64,000 nt of DNA from IMG/VR virus record IMGVR_UViG_3300015608_004971. The stretch is one strand, 5' to 3'. This stretch comes from a virus (taxonomy: Duplodnaviria > Caudoviricetes). Both the position numbers and the translations under genes were made by a program. The notes under the pieces are model-generated. The model was not told where the DNA came from, searched no databases, and saw nothing but the letters and a program-made list of their open reading frames with translations. This document shows, piece by piece, positions 49,250 to 59,723 of the stretch. Each line of letters begins with the position of its first letter. Positions within the stretch are counted from its first letter, which is position 1.

Positions 49250-49669
49250 ATGAATACAAATAAAAATAATAATGATGATGAAGTTTTCTTTCCACCAAAT
49301 CCAACACTAAAAGCCGTTGCGGTATTGATCCCAAGCAATAATGGAATTCTTTCTGTTTCTCGCAGAAATAGACCAGATCAATATGCTTTGCCGGGCGGAA
49401 AGTGCGATAAAAATGAAGGATTTCGCCAAGCAGCGCAGCGAGAATTGAGAGAAGAAACTGGTGTTGATTTACCACTATCAGCTTTTGAGCCAGTTTATCT
49501 TGCCCAATGTGGAAAATTTGAAGTAATGACTTATTATGTCAAATATGATGGATTTGAAATTCCTGGTCTTTCTGGACCAGTAGAAAAAGGAATCTTTGTT
49601 TCTTGGGCAACAAAAGAGCAGCTTTCTAATGGACCTTTTGGCGATTACAATAGAGAACTTCTATATTAA
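49250..49669 (+). CDS. Nudix hydrolase
   Basis: PGGK...E....AAQRELREETG. Confidence 0.9.
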   Translation: MNTNKNNNDDEVFFPPNPTLKAVAVLIPSNNGILSVSRRNRPDQYALPGGKCDKNEGFRQAAQRELREETGVDLPLSAFEPVYLAQCGKFEVMTYYVKYDGFEIPGLSGPVEKGIFVSWATKEQLSNGPFGDYNRELLY

Positions 49670-50315
49670 TTCTTTATTTTTTTGGTGTTAAAATGCCTCA
49701 CTTTGGTCATCTTTGGCCTGATCTAAAATCTCATCTAAAGGAACAAGAAGATTATTTGGATGATATGGAATACGAGATTGAACAACTTCTCTATGAAAGA
49801 GGGGCTAAACACATTAAAAAATTTAATTCTTCAATTGATAAGGTAGTCAGGCATATTGCCGAAGAAGACTATAATAAAATGACTTCATATATGGATATTA
49901 AAGAAATGAGTTTTTATGGCTTACCTGAGATTTCGCCTTCTTCGCTAAAAATAAAAAAACCAATAATATTGAGAGAAAGCATCCTTCTTTTTCAAATTCA
50001 TCTGAAATGGTTCAGAGATTGAAAAAGAAAAAAGAACAAAAAGATATTCAAAAAGAAAAGGAAAAAGTCATTTTTGATTTGTATGGATGCCACGGAAATG
50101 AATGTAACGGTGAATGTTTAAATATGGATTGCGAAGTAAAAACCAAGCCGATTTCCTTGAAAAATAAAAAATCAATCTCCCTTTATAGGGATGATGTTTC
50201 CTTCTTTTTGAGGCTAAAGATTTCTTTTTTGACATTCTTATCAAAAATCTTTAAAGCTTAAATAAAGTTTAATGTTATTTTGGCTAATACCGTGGTGGCC
50301 GCTATCGGCTGGCGC

Positions 50316-50378
50316 TTGACAGCCAGCGCCAGCCGTGCTATCATGCTTCAAGCAACGCAGCGGCAACCTTAAAGCCGC
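50316..50378 (+). promoter_or_regulatory. repeated promoter plus leader hairpin, copy 7
   Basis: Identical block. Confidence 0.9.
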
Positions 50379-50396
50379 AGCAATAAGGAACAACAA

Positions 50397-51008
50397 ATGA
50401 GCAGCAGCAACAAAAACGAAACAATCCTGAAGCTCGTTGCCGAGCTTAAGGAATCGGAAATTGACGGAATTTCAATTAACATTTCGGAGAGGCCGGACGG
50501 ATCGGTTTCGGTTGTTTTCCGACAGCCTTCGGAAGAGATCGATCTTGATCCGCCGACAGAAATTAATTGTTTTGGCTCCAAATATTGGAAGGATAAAGAA
50601 GGAAAGCTTCACCGCGACGGCGATCTGCCTGCCGTTATTTATGCTGATGGCAGCAAATTTTATTATAAGAACGGAAATTGCCATCGCGACGGTGATTTGC
50701 CTGCCGCTATTTATGCTGATGGTAGCAAATGTTATTATAAGAACGGAAAATGCCATCGTGACGGCGATTTGCCAGCAATTGAATATGCTAATGGCGAAAG
50801 AGATTATTATAAAAATGGCAAGCCTCACCGCGACGGCGATTTGCCAGCAATTGAATATGCTAATGGCGAAAGAGATTATTATAAAAATGGCAAGCCTCAC
50901 CGCGACGGCAATAAGCCTGCGATTATCAGAAAAAATCGATATGAATATTGCCTTGATGGAAAGCTTATTTTGATTGTGAAGCATAAGAATGGCGTTGTTG
51001 AAATTTAA
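50397..51008 (+). CDS. HRDGDLPA-repeat protein (5 repeats)
   Basis: Tandem duplication of the AIEYANGERDYYKNGKP unit. Confidence 0.9.
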   Translation: MSSSNKNETILKLVAELKESEIDGISINISERPDGSVSVVFRQPSEEIDLDPPTEINCFGSKYWKDKEGKLHRDGDLPAVIYADGSKFYYKNGNCHRDGDLPAAIYADGSKCYYKNGKCHRDGDLPAIEYANGERDYYKNGKPHRDGDLPAIEYANGERDYYKNGKPHRDGNKPAIIRKNRYEYCLDGKLILIVKHKNGVVEI

Positions 51009-51650
51009 TTCAAAACCTCAAGCAATAAAGGAATAAAAGAAATGACAAATACAACTCCAAAGAGTGCGCCACAACTTAACCACATGAAATTGATGAAATA
51101 GAGCATGAATAAACTTCAATATCTAGAAGATTTTTATTGGTTTTCATATCATAATGATATGTCGCATATTAAGCTAGATATTAATAAGCTTATTATCTAC
51201 GACGCAATCATCAATTCAAGCAAAGATTTTGAAAAAATCAAAGGTCATCAAACAATTAATGATGCAATAAACTCTCTTTTTCCTGATGGGTGGAAAAATG
51301 ACAATAATTAGAGAATTTGACGATCTTGAAAAAGATCTAAAAGAAAATGGTCTTCCTTGCAAGGATATTCCAATTGTCATTTATAATGATGTAAAAAATC
51401 TAAAATATAATATTGAAACTTTGAGAGGTGAAATTCAAAAGCAACAATATTCTAATAATCCAAATATTCTAGAAATTGAAATGATGAAGCTGGCGCTTGA
51501 AACGTCAACAAAAAGTCTTGACAAAGCAACAAAAAATCTTTCACCAGAAATCAACGGCGAATTTATTCATCTTTTTGATGCAAGAGATTCTCTTTTGATG
51601 GAAAAGAGTCCATTTCATAAAATTGATCTAGGAATTAATTAAGGAATGTC

Positions 51651-52112
51651 ATGAATACAGAAATGGATTATGATTCAGTATATGGCCCCAAATACTCAGA
51701 GCTTAAAAAGCATCTTGAAACTCTGAATATTGATGAAAATGGCGAGGAATATTTTAAAACATTATCAGAAATCTCTGATCTTGTAAAGAGAGCAAATGCT
51801 CTTGGAAACGTTGAAGAGGAGATTAATGCTCAAAAGCCCAATTTTTCTGAGGGTGACTTTGTTGAGGATAACGACGATTGGGTTGATCCAGCAAATCGAT
51901 CAAATAAAGATCGACGCGGAATGATTGTAGATATTAGCAAAAAAATTGAACCTGGCATCAAAATTTCAAAAACAATTACGTTGCCACCGACTGTTGAATT
52001 CATTTATCATGTTTCAACAATCTTTAACAACGAAGAGCCACAAATCATTAAGAAAGTATCTGAGTATGATTTACACCTTCTTGATCTAACAAAGCCTTTT
52101 TCTGATGCTTAG
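51651..52112 (+). CDS. hypothetical protein
   Basis: 153-aa ORF with SD AAGGA. Confidence 0.65.
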   Translation: MNTEMDYDSVYGPKYSELKKHLETLNIDENGEEYFKTLSEISDLVKRANALGNVEEEINAQKPNFSEGDFVEDNDDWVDPANRSNKDRRGMIVDISKKIEPGIKISKTITLPPTVEFIYHVSTIFNNEEPQIIKKVSEYDLHLLDLTKPFSDA

Positions 52113-52188
52113 CTTTTAAACGGTTTAATTGATTAAGCAATAGTGGTGCTCTTATTTGAAGAATGCGATTCTTCACGAGGAAATAAAA

Positions 52189-53343
52189 ATGTTGTCACAC
52201 AAGTTTGCAGTTTCAAGTGAAATGGTTATGCCAGTTCAAGAACAAAAAGATCTAAAAGATTTAATTCCGCCAGGTGTTTATCAGGTAAATGAAATGCCTT
52301 TTGGGGGTCCAATTTATCTGAAAAGGACAGATGATTTTAATATGCCAAAGAAGCTATATGGCGAGACAGTTAAAATGAGTGAGCGTATTATGAATACGCA
52401 TCTTTCTCGCGAAACTAGCACAGGAATTCTTCTTGTCGGAGAAAAGGGTTCCGGCAAATCTTTGCTAGCAAAACATCTTTCAGTCTCAGCTATCGCAAAG
52501 GGTTGGCCTGTAATTACAATTACATCCCCATGGCATGGCGATAAGTTCGTTGCTTTTCTTGAGAGCATTAAACAAGAATGCGTTGTTCTTTTTGATGAAT
52601 TTGAAAAGGTTTATGATAGTGAGACGCAAGAGCGAATGCTATCGCTATTTGATGGCCTTACAAATACAAAGAAAATGTTTATTCTGACTTGCAATAAAAA
52701 AGAAAAGATTGATGAGAACATGATTAATCGACCGGGTCGGATCTATTACAATATTACGTTTGGTGGACTATCACCAGAATTTATTGAGGAATATTGTAAC
52801 GATAAGATGGCTCCACGAGATCAGCAAAAAATTGATGAGATTGTTGGTATTTCTTATTTGTTTAATGCATTTTCTTTTGATATGCTTCAAGCCTTTGTTG
52901 AAGAGAGAAATCGTTATCCAAATGATGATTTTGATGAAATCATGCGTCTGCTAAATGTTAGACCAGATATTTACGAATCATATGTTCGCTATAATTATGA
53001 AACATTTGAATCGGAAACTGGAAATAAAGTTGTATTCGCTGGTGATGACTCAAAGCGTCCTGAAGGGAGATATGTCGAAGGAAATCCAATGAAACATCGG
53101 CAAATTTTTATCTATGGAACATGCTATCCAGTTTCTTCTGAGGAATTTAAAAAGCTTAATGCTACTGCTCGTGGCAAAAAGAAGCTTGAGGAAAAGCAAG
53201 ATTATTTGAGTATTTATCTTGAGAAGAAGGATCTCAAAATGTTTGATAAATCGACTCAAGAGTTCATTTATGAAAAAGGTGGATACATCTTTAAGTTTAA
53301 AAAGGAAGAACAAAATCAATCATTTTCAAGACTTGCATATTAA
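52189..53343 (+). CDS. AAA+ ATPase
   Basis: GEKGSGKS, LFDEFEK, LTCN, NRPGR; SD GAGG. Confidence 0.9.
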   Translation: MLSHKFAVSSEMVMPVQEQKDLKDLIPPGVYQVNEMPFGGPIYLKRTDDFNMPKKLYGETVKMSERIMNTHLSRETSTGILLVGEKGSGKSLLAKHLSVSAIAKGWPVITITSPWHGDKFVAFLESIKQECVVLFDEFEKVYDSETQERMLSLFDGLTNTKKMFILTCNKKEKIDENMINRPGRIYYNITFGGLSPEFIEEYCNDKMAPRDQQKIDEIVGISYLFNAFSFDMLQAFVEERNRYPNDDFDEIMRLLNVRPDIYESYVRYNYETFESETGNKVVFAGDDSKRPEGRYVEGNPMKHRQIFIYGTCYPVSSEEFKKLNATARGKKKLEEKQDYLSIYLEKKDLKMFDKSTQEFIYEKGGYIFKFKKEEQNQSFSRLAY

Positions 53344-53398
53344 TAAAACTTAATAATAACGCTGAATAAGCACGGCTGGCGCTGGTTTATGTCGCACC

Positions 53399-53465
53399 TT
53401 GACAGCCAGCGCCAGCCGTGCTATTATGCTTCAAGCAACGCAGGCAGCGGCAACGATAAAGCCGC
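53399..53465 (+). promoter_or_regulatory. repeated promoter plus leader hairpin, copy 8
   Basis: TTGACA, same spacer, TATTAT. Confidence 0.9.
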
Positions 53466-53481
53466 AGCAAGGAATCAACAA

Positions 53482-54159
53482 ATGAGCAACAAAAACGAAA
53501 CAATTTTGAAGCTCGTTGCCGAGCTTAAGGCATCGGCAATTGATGGCCTTTCCATCGACATTTCGGAGAAGCCGGACGGATCTGTTTCTGTTATCTTTCG
53601 CCAGCCTTCGGCAGAAAACGATCTTGATCTGCCGACCGAAATTGATTGCAATGGCCATAAACTTTGGAAGAATAAAGACGGGCAGATTCACCGCGACGGT
53701 GATTTGCCAGCCATTGAATATGCCGATGGGGAAAAGAGATATTATAAAGACGGACAGCTTCATCGCGACGGTGATCTTCCTGCCGTTGAATCCACTAATG
53801 GCCAAAAAGAGTATTATAAAAATGGAAAGCGCCATCGCGACGGTGATTTGCCTGCCATTGAACATGCTGATGGCGTCAAATATTATTATAAAAACGGCCA
53901 TATCCATCGCGATGACGATCTGCCTGCTGTTGAATTGATTGATGGAACCAAAAAGTTCCTTAAAGATGGAAAGTTGCATCGCGAGGGCGATAAGCCTGCC
54001 ATTATATGGGCAGATGGCAGCAAAGTTTATTTTAAAAATGGCAAATATCATCGTGACGGAGATCTGCCTGCCGTTATCAAAAAAGATAAATATGAATATT
54101 GGGTCGACGGCAAGCACATTTTAACCGTCAATCATAATGATGGCGTTATCGAGATTTAA
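53482..54159 (+). CDS. HRDGDLPA-repeat protein (6 repeats)
   Basis: ATG 53482 after AAGGA; 5' part nearly identical to 61436. Confidence 0.9.
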   Translation: MSNKNETILKLVAELKASAIDGLSIDISEKPDGSVSVIFRQPSAENDLDLPTEIDCNGHKLWKNKDGQIHRDGDLPAIEYADGEKRYYKDGQLHRDGDLPAVESTNGQKEYYKNGKRHRDGDLPAIEHADGVKYYYKNGHIHRDDDLPAVELIDGTKKFLKDGKLHREGDKPAIIWADGSKVYFKNGKYHRDGDLPAVIKKDKYEYWVDGKHILTVNHNDGVIEI

Positions 54160-54186
54160 TAAAACATATTTGAAGGAAATAAAAGA

Positions 54187-55581
54187 ATGAGCACAACAAC
54201 TACGAATAATAATTTGCCAGAACAACAAGACGAAGAACTATTGGATTTGCCAGTAGTTGATCCAGAAGATTATAAGGGAAAAATTCCTTTTGAAGATTTT
54301 TCTTCAAAATTTGTGAAAGAAGGCGATTTTGATTTGGATGAAAGAGCTTTTAAACTTTTTGCAACTGATTCGGTTGGCGAGAATTATGCTTTCGTAAAGC
54401 ATGTGTTCAATTCAATTACTCGTCGTCCAACTTATGCTATTCCAACGGCAGGAGTCAGAATGAATCCTGTAACGTTGCAATATGAGCTTTTTTATAATCC
54501 AAAATTTCTTATGGCTGTTAACTTTCAAACAGTTAAAGGGATTATTATTCACGAAATTTATCATATCATTCTGGAGCATTGTGATAATAGAGCACCAGAT
54601 GATCCAGAATGGGCTAAGGTATACAATATCGCAATGGATCTTGCAATTAATTCGATGATCGAAAAGAATCTGTTGCCAGATAAAATTCTAAACGAAAAAG
54701 GTGAAGTTGAACCTTTTAGCCTTTGTATTCCCGGCGAAGGAACTTATGCGCATTTGCCAACACATAAAGCGACAGAATGGTATCTGAAAAAGATTATGGA
54801 TGATTCAAAGAAAGGAAAGATGAATCCTTCTGGTATGGGCGGCCAATTTGACGATCATGATGGTTTTGGTGAAGGAGATGAAGAAGGTGGAAATATGGAT
54901 TCTGCTCGCGCAGTTGCGAAGCAGAAGATGAAATCTGCAATTGAAAAGGCAACCGAGCAAGCGATCAAAACCAATTCCTGGGGCAATATGTCTCGTGATT
55001 TGAAGCAAGAACTGATCGCGAGACTCCAAACTCGCGTCGATTGGAAATCTTTGCTCAAATTCTTTATCGGTCGTGCGCAGCGATCCGATCGCTATTCAAC
55101 ACATAGAAAGATCAATAAGCGCTTCCCTTATATTTTGCCAGGAAAACGTTATCATCGCCACGCAAATATTGCGATCTCAATCGATCAATCTGGTTCTGTG
55201 GATGATAATATGCTTATTTTGTTCTTTTCGGAGCTGAATAAACTTGCAGAGATTGCAACGTTTACCGTCGTTCCATTTGATACAGAAGTTAATCCAGAGT
55301 TGTGTTATGAATGGAAGAAAGGAACACGTCATAAAGTTGAACGTGTTAAGTGTGGCGGAACTGATTTTGATGCTCCAACAAAATATGTAAATGAGCAATC
55401 AAAATTTGATGGACATATCATTTGCACAGATATGTGCGCATCAAAGCCAATTTCCTCAAAGGTTCCTAGAATTTGGATGACAACCGAAGAGTGCAAGAAG
55501 CATATGCCATTTCAAACATCTGAAATGGTTTTGGAAGTTTCGACTCGCGAGCTTGAAAAACTTCAAAATAAAATAAATTAA
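54187..55581 (+). CDS. metallopeptidase-VWA protein (DUF2201-like, MoxR partner)
   Basis: PTAGV, HEIYH, NIAMDLAIN, DDH, MIDAS DQSGS, GGTDF, TD. Confidence 0.9.
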   Translation: MSTTTTNNNLPEQQDEELLDLPVVDPEDYKGKIPFEDFSSKFVKEGDFDLDERAFKLFATDSVGENYAFVKHVFNSITRRPTYAIPTAGVRMNPVTLQYELFYNPKFLMAVNFQTVKGIIIHEIYHIILEHCDNRAPDDPEWAKVYNIAMDLAINSMIEKNLLPDKILNEKGEVEPFSLCIPGEGTYAHLPTHKATEWYLKKIMDDSKKGKMNPSGMGGQFDDHDGFGEGDEEGGNMDSARAVAKQKMKSAIEKATEQAIKTNSWGNMSRDLKQELIARLQTRVDWKSLLKFFIGRAQRSDRYSTHRKINKRFPYILPGKRYHRHANIAISIDQSGSVDDNMLILFFSELNKLAEIATFTVVPFDTEVNPELCYEWKKGTRHKVERVKCGGTDFDAPTKYVNEQSKFDGHIICTDMCASKPISSKVPRIWMTTEECKKHMPFQTSEMVLEVSTRELEKLQNKIN

Positions 55582-55614
55582 CAAAAAATATTCCAAACAA
55601 TTAAATAACAAATT

Positions 55615-55649
55615 GGCACAGCAGAGTTTCTGCTATGCCTTTTTGTTTT
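55615..55649 (+). terminator. intrinsic terminator
   Basis: GGCAcAGCAGA-gtt-TCTGCTaTGCC followed by T tract. Confidence 0.75.
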
Positions 55650-55660
55650 AGGAGTGAAAT

Positions 55661-57001
55661 ATGCCAAGATATAATGGAAGCCTAACAAGAAATGAAAAAA
55701 AAATAATTTCAAAAAATTCGGAACTATTTTCGCTCAGCCCTGATTTCGGCACAATCTTCTTTAAAAGAAGTCATATGCCTTTCTTTACCTTGAGAAAGCT
55801 AAAACTGGCAGAATCTTATATTTCGGCCATTCATAAGATTTTTTCAGAAAATAGTTCTGTTTATCAAAAATTAAAAAATGATTTTGAGAAAGAATTAAAA
55901 GAAAACGAAGAGACAAAATCGCAAAATTTTTTATATGTTTTAAATGATTTTTATAATAAAAATAATCATAGAGCCGAATTAATCAAGCAAACGTTAACAG
56001 AGAGCAATTTAACTTCAAAAGAAAAAGATATTATTGAATATTGCAGAAAAATAGTTTCTGAGCTTTCAAAACAAAGCAAAAATGCATATATAACAAAAAA
56101 ATATTTTTATTCAGGTTCTAAAAATATAATGACCTTAACAACTGAGGATGGCTATGGGCCTTATTTTAGCAGCGGAATAAGAGAAATCCTAACATTATTC
56201 TGTTACCACCCAGATAATCTTAAAATATTGTATAATGATCCTGATATATCCAAAATTGAATCTTTAATTCGCGAATCCATGCTTGTTGCCCCAAAGCTAT
56301 TGACAACAGAGCAGCTTATCGAACAAGACAACAAAGCAGTTCTTTTTTGGAATTTAACTGATTACGCTCCCAAGTTTGTATTCTTTAATCTTGCAAGCGA
56401 GGAAAGAAGCAAAATTTTAAATGATTATAATTTAGAGCCTGAAAAAGTTAAATTTTTAGATGCAAATTCAACTAATCTATATAGTACAGAGGAATTAAGT
56501 AATCTTTTGGGAGATTATACAATACATAAATTCATCAATCCGGAAGAATTTATTTGTAGAAATTCTATCGAAGAATTGTCTTTTCTTAATGGAAAACTTC
56601 ATCCCTATTATTTATTTTTATTTCTTTCAAGTGAAGAATTTGTAAAATGTACTCTAAACTTAGATAAGAAAAGAAAATTCGATATAGGCGACTCAGTTTA
56701 TGTTCGGTCATCAATAACCGGTCATGACATGATTTCCAGTAGAAATTTAAATTATAATATGATTAAAAGTTTAACATATAAAAAGTTATTGCCAGCAATT
56801 ATTTTGGATAATACATTTATTCAAACTTATGAGCGGCCATTATTTGATGCAATGGAGATACCGGCATATAGGATCCAAATTTTGGATCCTATGGAAACTT
56901 TGGAGGCAGTAGCAGAAACAGCTCTTAATCATTTAGGAAAGAAGCGCTTTTTTAAAGAAAAAGGGGAAGAAGAAACTAAGGAAGAGACTTCTGAAGAATA
57001 A
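55661..57001 (+). CDS. hypothetical protein
   Basis: 446-aa ORF, SD AGGAG. Confidence 0.75.
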   Translation: MPRYNGSLTRNEKKIISKNSELFSLSPDFGTIFFKRSHMPFFTLRKLKLAESYISAIHKIFSENSSVYQKLKNDFEKELKENEETKSQNFLYVLNDFYNKNNHRAELIKQTLTESNLTSKEKDIIEYCRKIVSELSKQSKNAYITKKYFYSGSKNIMTLTTEDGYGPYFSSGIREILTLFCYHPDNLKILYNDPDISKIESLIRESMLVAPKLLTTEQLIEQDNKAVLFWNLTDYAPKFVFFNLASEERSKILNDYNLEPEKVKFLDANSTNLYSTEELSNLLGDYTIHKFINPEEFICRNSIEELSFLNGKLHPYYLFLFLSSEEFVKCTLNLDKKRKFDIGDSVYVRSSITGHDMISSRNLNYNMIKSLTYKKLLPAIILDNTFIQTYERPLFDAMEIPAYRIQILDPMETLEAVAETALNHLGKKRFFKEKGEEETKEETSEE

Positions 57002-57518
57002 AATGGTTTTTAATATTGTCACAACTTTTTATCTGGTGCCTTATGAAAAATCTTCCTGATATGCTCAAAAGAAATACAAAATTTGTATATACAAAATATA
57101 AATATGAAAATAAGATATTTTTAATAAAATTTAGAGGTTTAAGTTGGTTTAATTTTGAGACAAATATATTCTTGATGAGTCTTTTTAATTTTATCTTATT
57201 TGCCCTAACAGGCTCAACAATAAGTCTCATAACTGCATTCTTTTTAATGATAATATCGCTTATTGCGGAAAACACTTCAAGAAAAACAATGTCAACAACA
57301 GAGTCAAGCAAATATCACAAAAATTTTGATATTGGCGATATTGTACATTTTAACGACCTCGGGCATTTTATGATTTTGACAAAGACGAAAGTAAAAAATG
57401 GAATGGAATTTTCTGTCATTCATCTTGAAAGTGAAAATTCTCCTTATAAAATTTTTTATGGTATGGACGCTTTTAAAAATTATATTAATTCTAGCATTTC
57501 TGATAATGCTGAAGAATG

Positions 57519-57653
57519 ATAATTAAATTAAGCCACCTAGCTTGCCCTGTGGCTGGCGCTTCCAATAAAGCCGTGCATCGCATGGCTAAGCGACAGAATG
57601 CCAGCCGCAGGCCAAGCCAGACGCTTGCAAAGCCACGGCAAGCGTGCTAATAT
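57519..57653 (+). repeat. 129-bp structured repeat, copy B, ending in promoter TTGCAA-17-TAATAT
   Basis: Matches 37432..37560; -35 at 57625, -10 at 57648. Confidence 0.9.
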
Positions 57654-57696
57654 ATGACAGCTTGGTCATAATGGCCTTCGTGGAGATCTTTCGAAG

Positions 57697-58635
57697 ATGT
57701 CAGAGGAAAACATCATCTATCACAAAACCGATCCTGAGCGTCTCAACAAGATTATTGAAGATGCTCGCGAAAAACGAGCAAACCTATATTTTAATACTGT
57801 TGTTGATCAGCCGGTTATTTCTTTTGCCAAAGAAGTTATTCGTGCTGGCAGAACCCTTCGAGAAAAACTAAAAATTCATACAAAGAGAAAAATCAAATCA
57901 TGTACCATTTCCTTTAGAAGAGGCCAATGGGATAGAACCTTTGAAGAAGCATTGAATGTTTTGCTAAGAGAGAAATTTATTCTTCAATCAATTCAGGTTG
58001 AATTTGGAAATATTGTAAAGGACGAATTAAATATTGAACGCATAATCATTGATGAAGAGCCATGGCCAGAGGATGAAATTGAAGCAAAAATCAATTTTAA
58101 AACTTTGGGAGTCAAGCTCGGCAAAGAAATGAAAACTTTTCAGCAGATGCTTAAATTGTCATCACAAGATGATTTGAAGAAATTGAGAAACGAATTCAAC
58201 GAAAATGGATTCATTGAATTCAATAGCCTTCATATTGAATATGGTGATGTTGAATTTGTTGCAAAAAAATCTCAAAAGCTTTCTGAAAACGAAATGTATT
58301 TTGCAGAAAATGTAAAAATTACATACGATCTAGGTCTATCGCCATCAATTATCTCTAGTACCTTCATCAGAGAGGTTACAGCAGAAACTTCAGCAAGAAG
58401 AAAAAAGAAAGGACTATCATATGATGTAGTTGTAGATGTGGTCATCTATTCAAATGATCAAGAGTTTTGCAATATCATTAACGATAATATTGCTTTTGTC
58501 AATAAAGAAACAGGCTCAAATATCTTTGTAATTTTTGATGAAAATCTACAAAAAGATGATGAACAAGATGTCCTAATCGAATTTGGCCAAGAACATCCAG
58601 ATATTTTGTTTCGTGTATTGGTGAAGCATGATTAA
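57697..58635 (+). CDS. stand-alone homolog of the C-terminal region of type-2 isoleucyl-tRNA synthetase
   Basis: GR.LR...KI..., VKDELNI, KINFKTLGVKLGKEMK, REV......RK..GL; no HIGH or KMSKS. Confidence 0.7.
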   Translation: MSEENIIYHKTDPERLNKIIEDAREKRANLYFNTVVDQPVISFAKEVIRAGRTLREKLKIHTKRKIKSCTISFRRGQWDRTFEEALNVLLREKFILQSIQVEFGNIVKDELNIERIIIDEEPWPEDEIEAKINFKTLGVKLGKEMKTFQQMLKLSSQDDLKKLRNEFNENGFIEFNSLHIEYGDVEFVAKKSQKLSENEMYFAENVKITYDLGLSPSIISSTFIREVTAETSARRKKKGLSYDVVVDVVIYSNDQEFCNIINDNIAFVNKETGSNIFVIFDENLQKDDEQDVLIEFGQEHPDILFRVLVKHD

Positions 58636-58831
58636 TTTCTTATATATTGATAACTTATATCTCTGGCAAGCAAGAGGAGCCACACAGAGATCCGATGGAA
58701 AATGCGGTACATTTGAAACATATTATAAATATGATTTTCGTAAAAATTTTGCATATTTTTACGAAAATAAGCCCTTCATTAAGGCAAATTTAAAGATGTC
58801 AAAGGAATATGCGCATAATGATATCATATAA
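58628..58831 (+). CDS. RxDG mini-gene family member (solo)
   Basis: MINF...RSDG...NDII-stop. Confidence 0.75.
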   Translation: MINFLYIDNLYLWQARGATQRSDGKCGTFETYYKYDFRKNFAYFYENKPFIKANLKMSKEYAHNDII

Positions 58832-58902
58832 AATACATTATAACTGTCATGATAGATATTATCTAAAAATAAACTGTAGTCGGTCAATAGACTTTGCGTG
58901 AC

Positions 58903-58961
58903 TTGACAGGCTGCGTCGGCCATGCTATTATTCGGTTGTGACGCAGCCACTTTATTGCTGC
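58903..58961 (+). promoter_or_regulatory. variant sigma70 promoter with leader hairpin
   Basis: TTGACA-17-TATTAT, then GCAGC-cactttatt-GCTGC. Confidence 0.8.
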
Positions 58962-58977
58962 AACGAGTTCAAAAAGA

Positions 58978-59265
58978 ATGAGTGAGATTTTTAAAAAATT
59001 CCAAGAAGAAAGAGAAAAATCGCTTATTGAAAGAAATAAGCGGTGGCCGTCTGGGGCGCCGGTTAGAATTCTTAACGTTGGCCGTCATGCTCACTCTGGC
59101 AGAACAGGAAAGATTATTCTTTATGAAGAATTGAAAGAAGAAGAAAGAAAATGGTATTGGACTAGGTACGATTTGCTTGTCGCTTTTGATACTTACACTG
59201 ATGAGGAGTATAAATATTGCTTCTTTTTTGAGAACGAACTTGAGCGTCTAACTATTGACAAATAG
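58978..59265 (+). CDS. hypothetical protein (possible SH3/KOW-like)
   Basis: G..V.I...G...GRTG.I pattern. Confidence 0.55.
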   Translation: MSEIFKKFQEEREKSLIERNKRWPSGAPVRILNVGRHAHSGRTGKIILYEELKEEERKWYWTRYDLLVAFDTYTDEEYKYCFFFENELERLTIDK

Positions 59266-59296
59266 CTTGTCATCTTAAACCTCCCAATAAGCGAGA

Positions 59297-59722
59297 TTGA
59301 AAACGATGCAAGAATCAAGAAAGATCATTGACTTGTCAAGCAAACAACTTTCAGTCCTTGAGCTTGCAAGGAATGTTGCAAGACAATCGACTTTTGGACA
59401 ATTTCGTCATGGTGCGGTTCTTGTCTCGCATGGTAAAATTGTGAATACTGCGCACAACGAACTTCGTTTGTGCGGATTTGGCTCAAGATTTAGAGCTTTG
59501 CAAAAGGGTGTTGCGACGCTCCATGCGGAGCTTGGTTCAATTTTGAATGTTTCGTCCAAATCAACAACCGGCGCAACTGTTTTTGTTGTTAGAATTAACA
59601 AAAAAGATGAATGGCGAAATAGTAAGCCGTGTCAAATGTGTCAAGCAGCCATGCGTCACTGTGGCGTTAGTAAAGTTATTTATTCTACTGATTTTGGTCA
59701 TTTTGAAGAAATGAGACTTTAA
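59297..59722 (+). CDS. zinc-dependent cytidine/dCMP deaminase-like protein
   Basis: HGAVL, HAE, SKPCQMC. Confidence 0.88.
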   Translation: MKTMQESRKIIDLSSKQLSVLELARNVARQSTFGQFRHGAVLVSHGKIVNTAHNELRLCGFGSRFRALQKGVATLHAELGSILNVSSKSTTGATVFVVRINKKDEWRNSKPCQMCQAAMRHCGVSKVIYSTDFGHFEEMRL

Positions 59723-59723
59723 A

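Noticed and set aside
59255-59285. Extra TTGACA sites (10499, 59255, minus strand near 63312)
   Set aside because: No convincing -10 at 16-18 bp spacing
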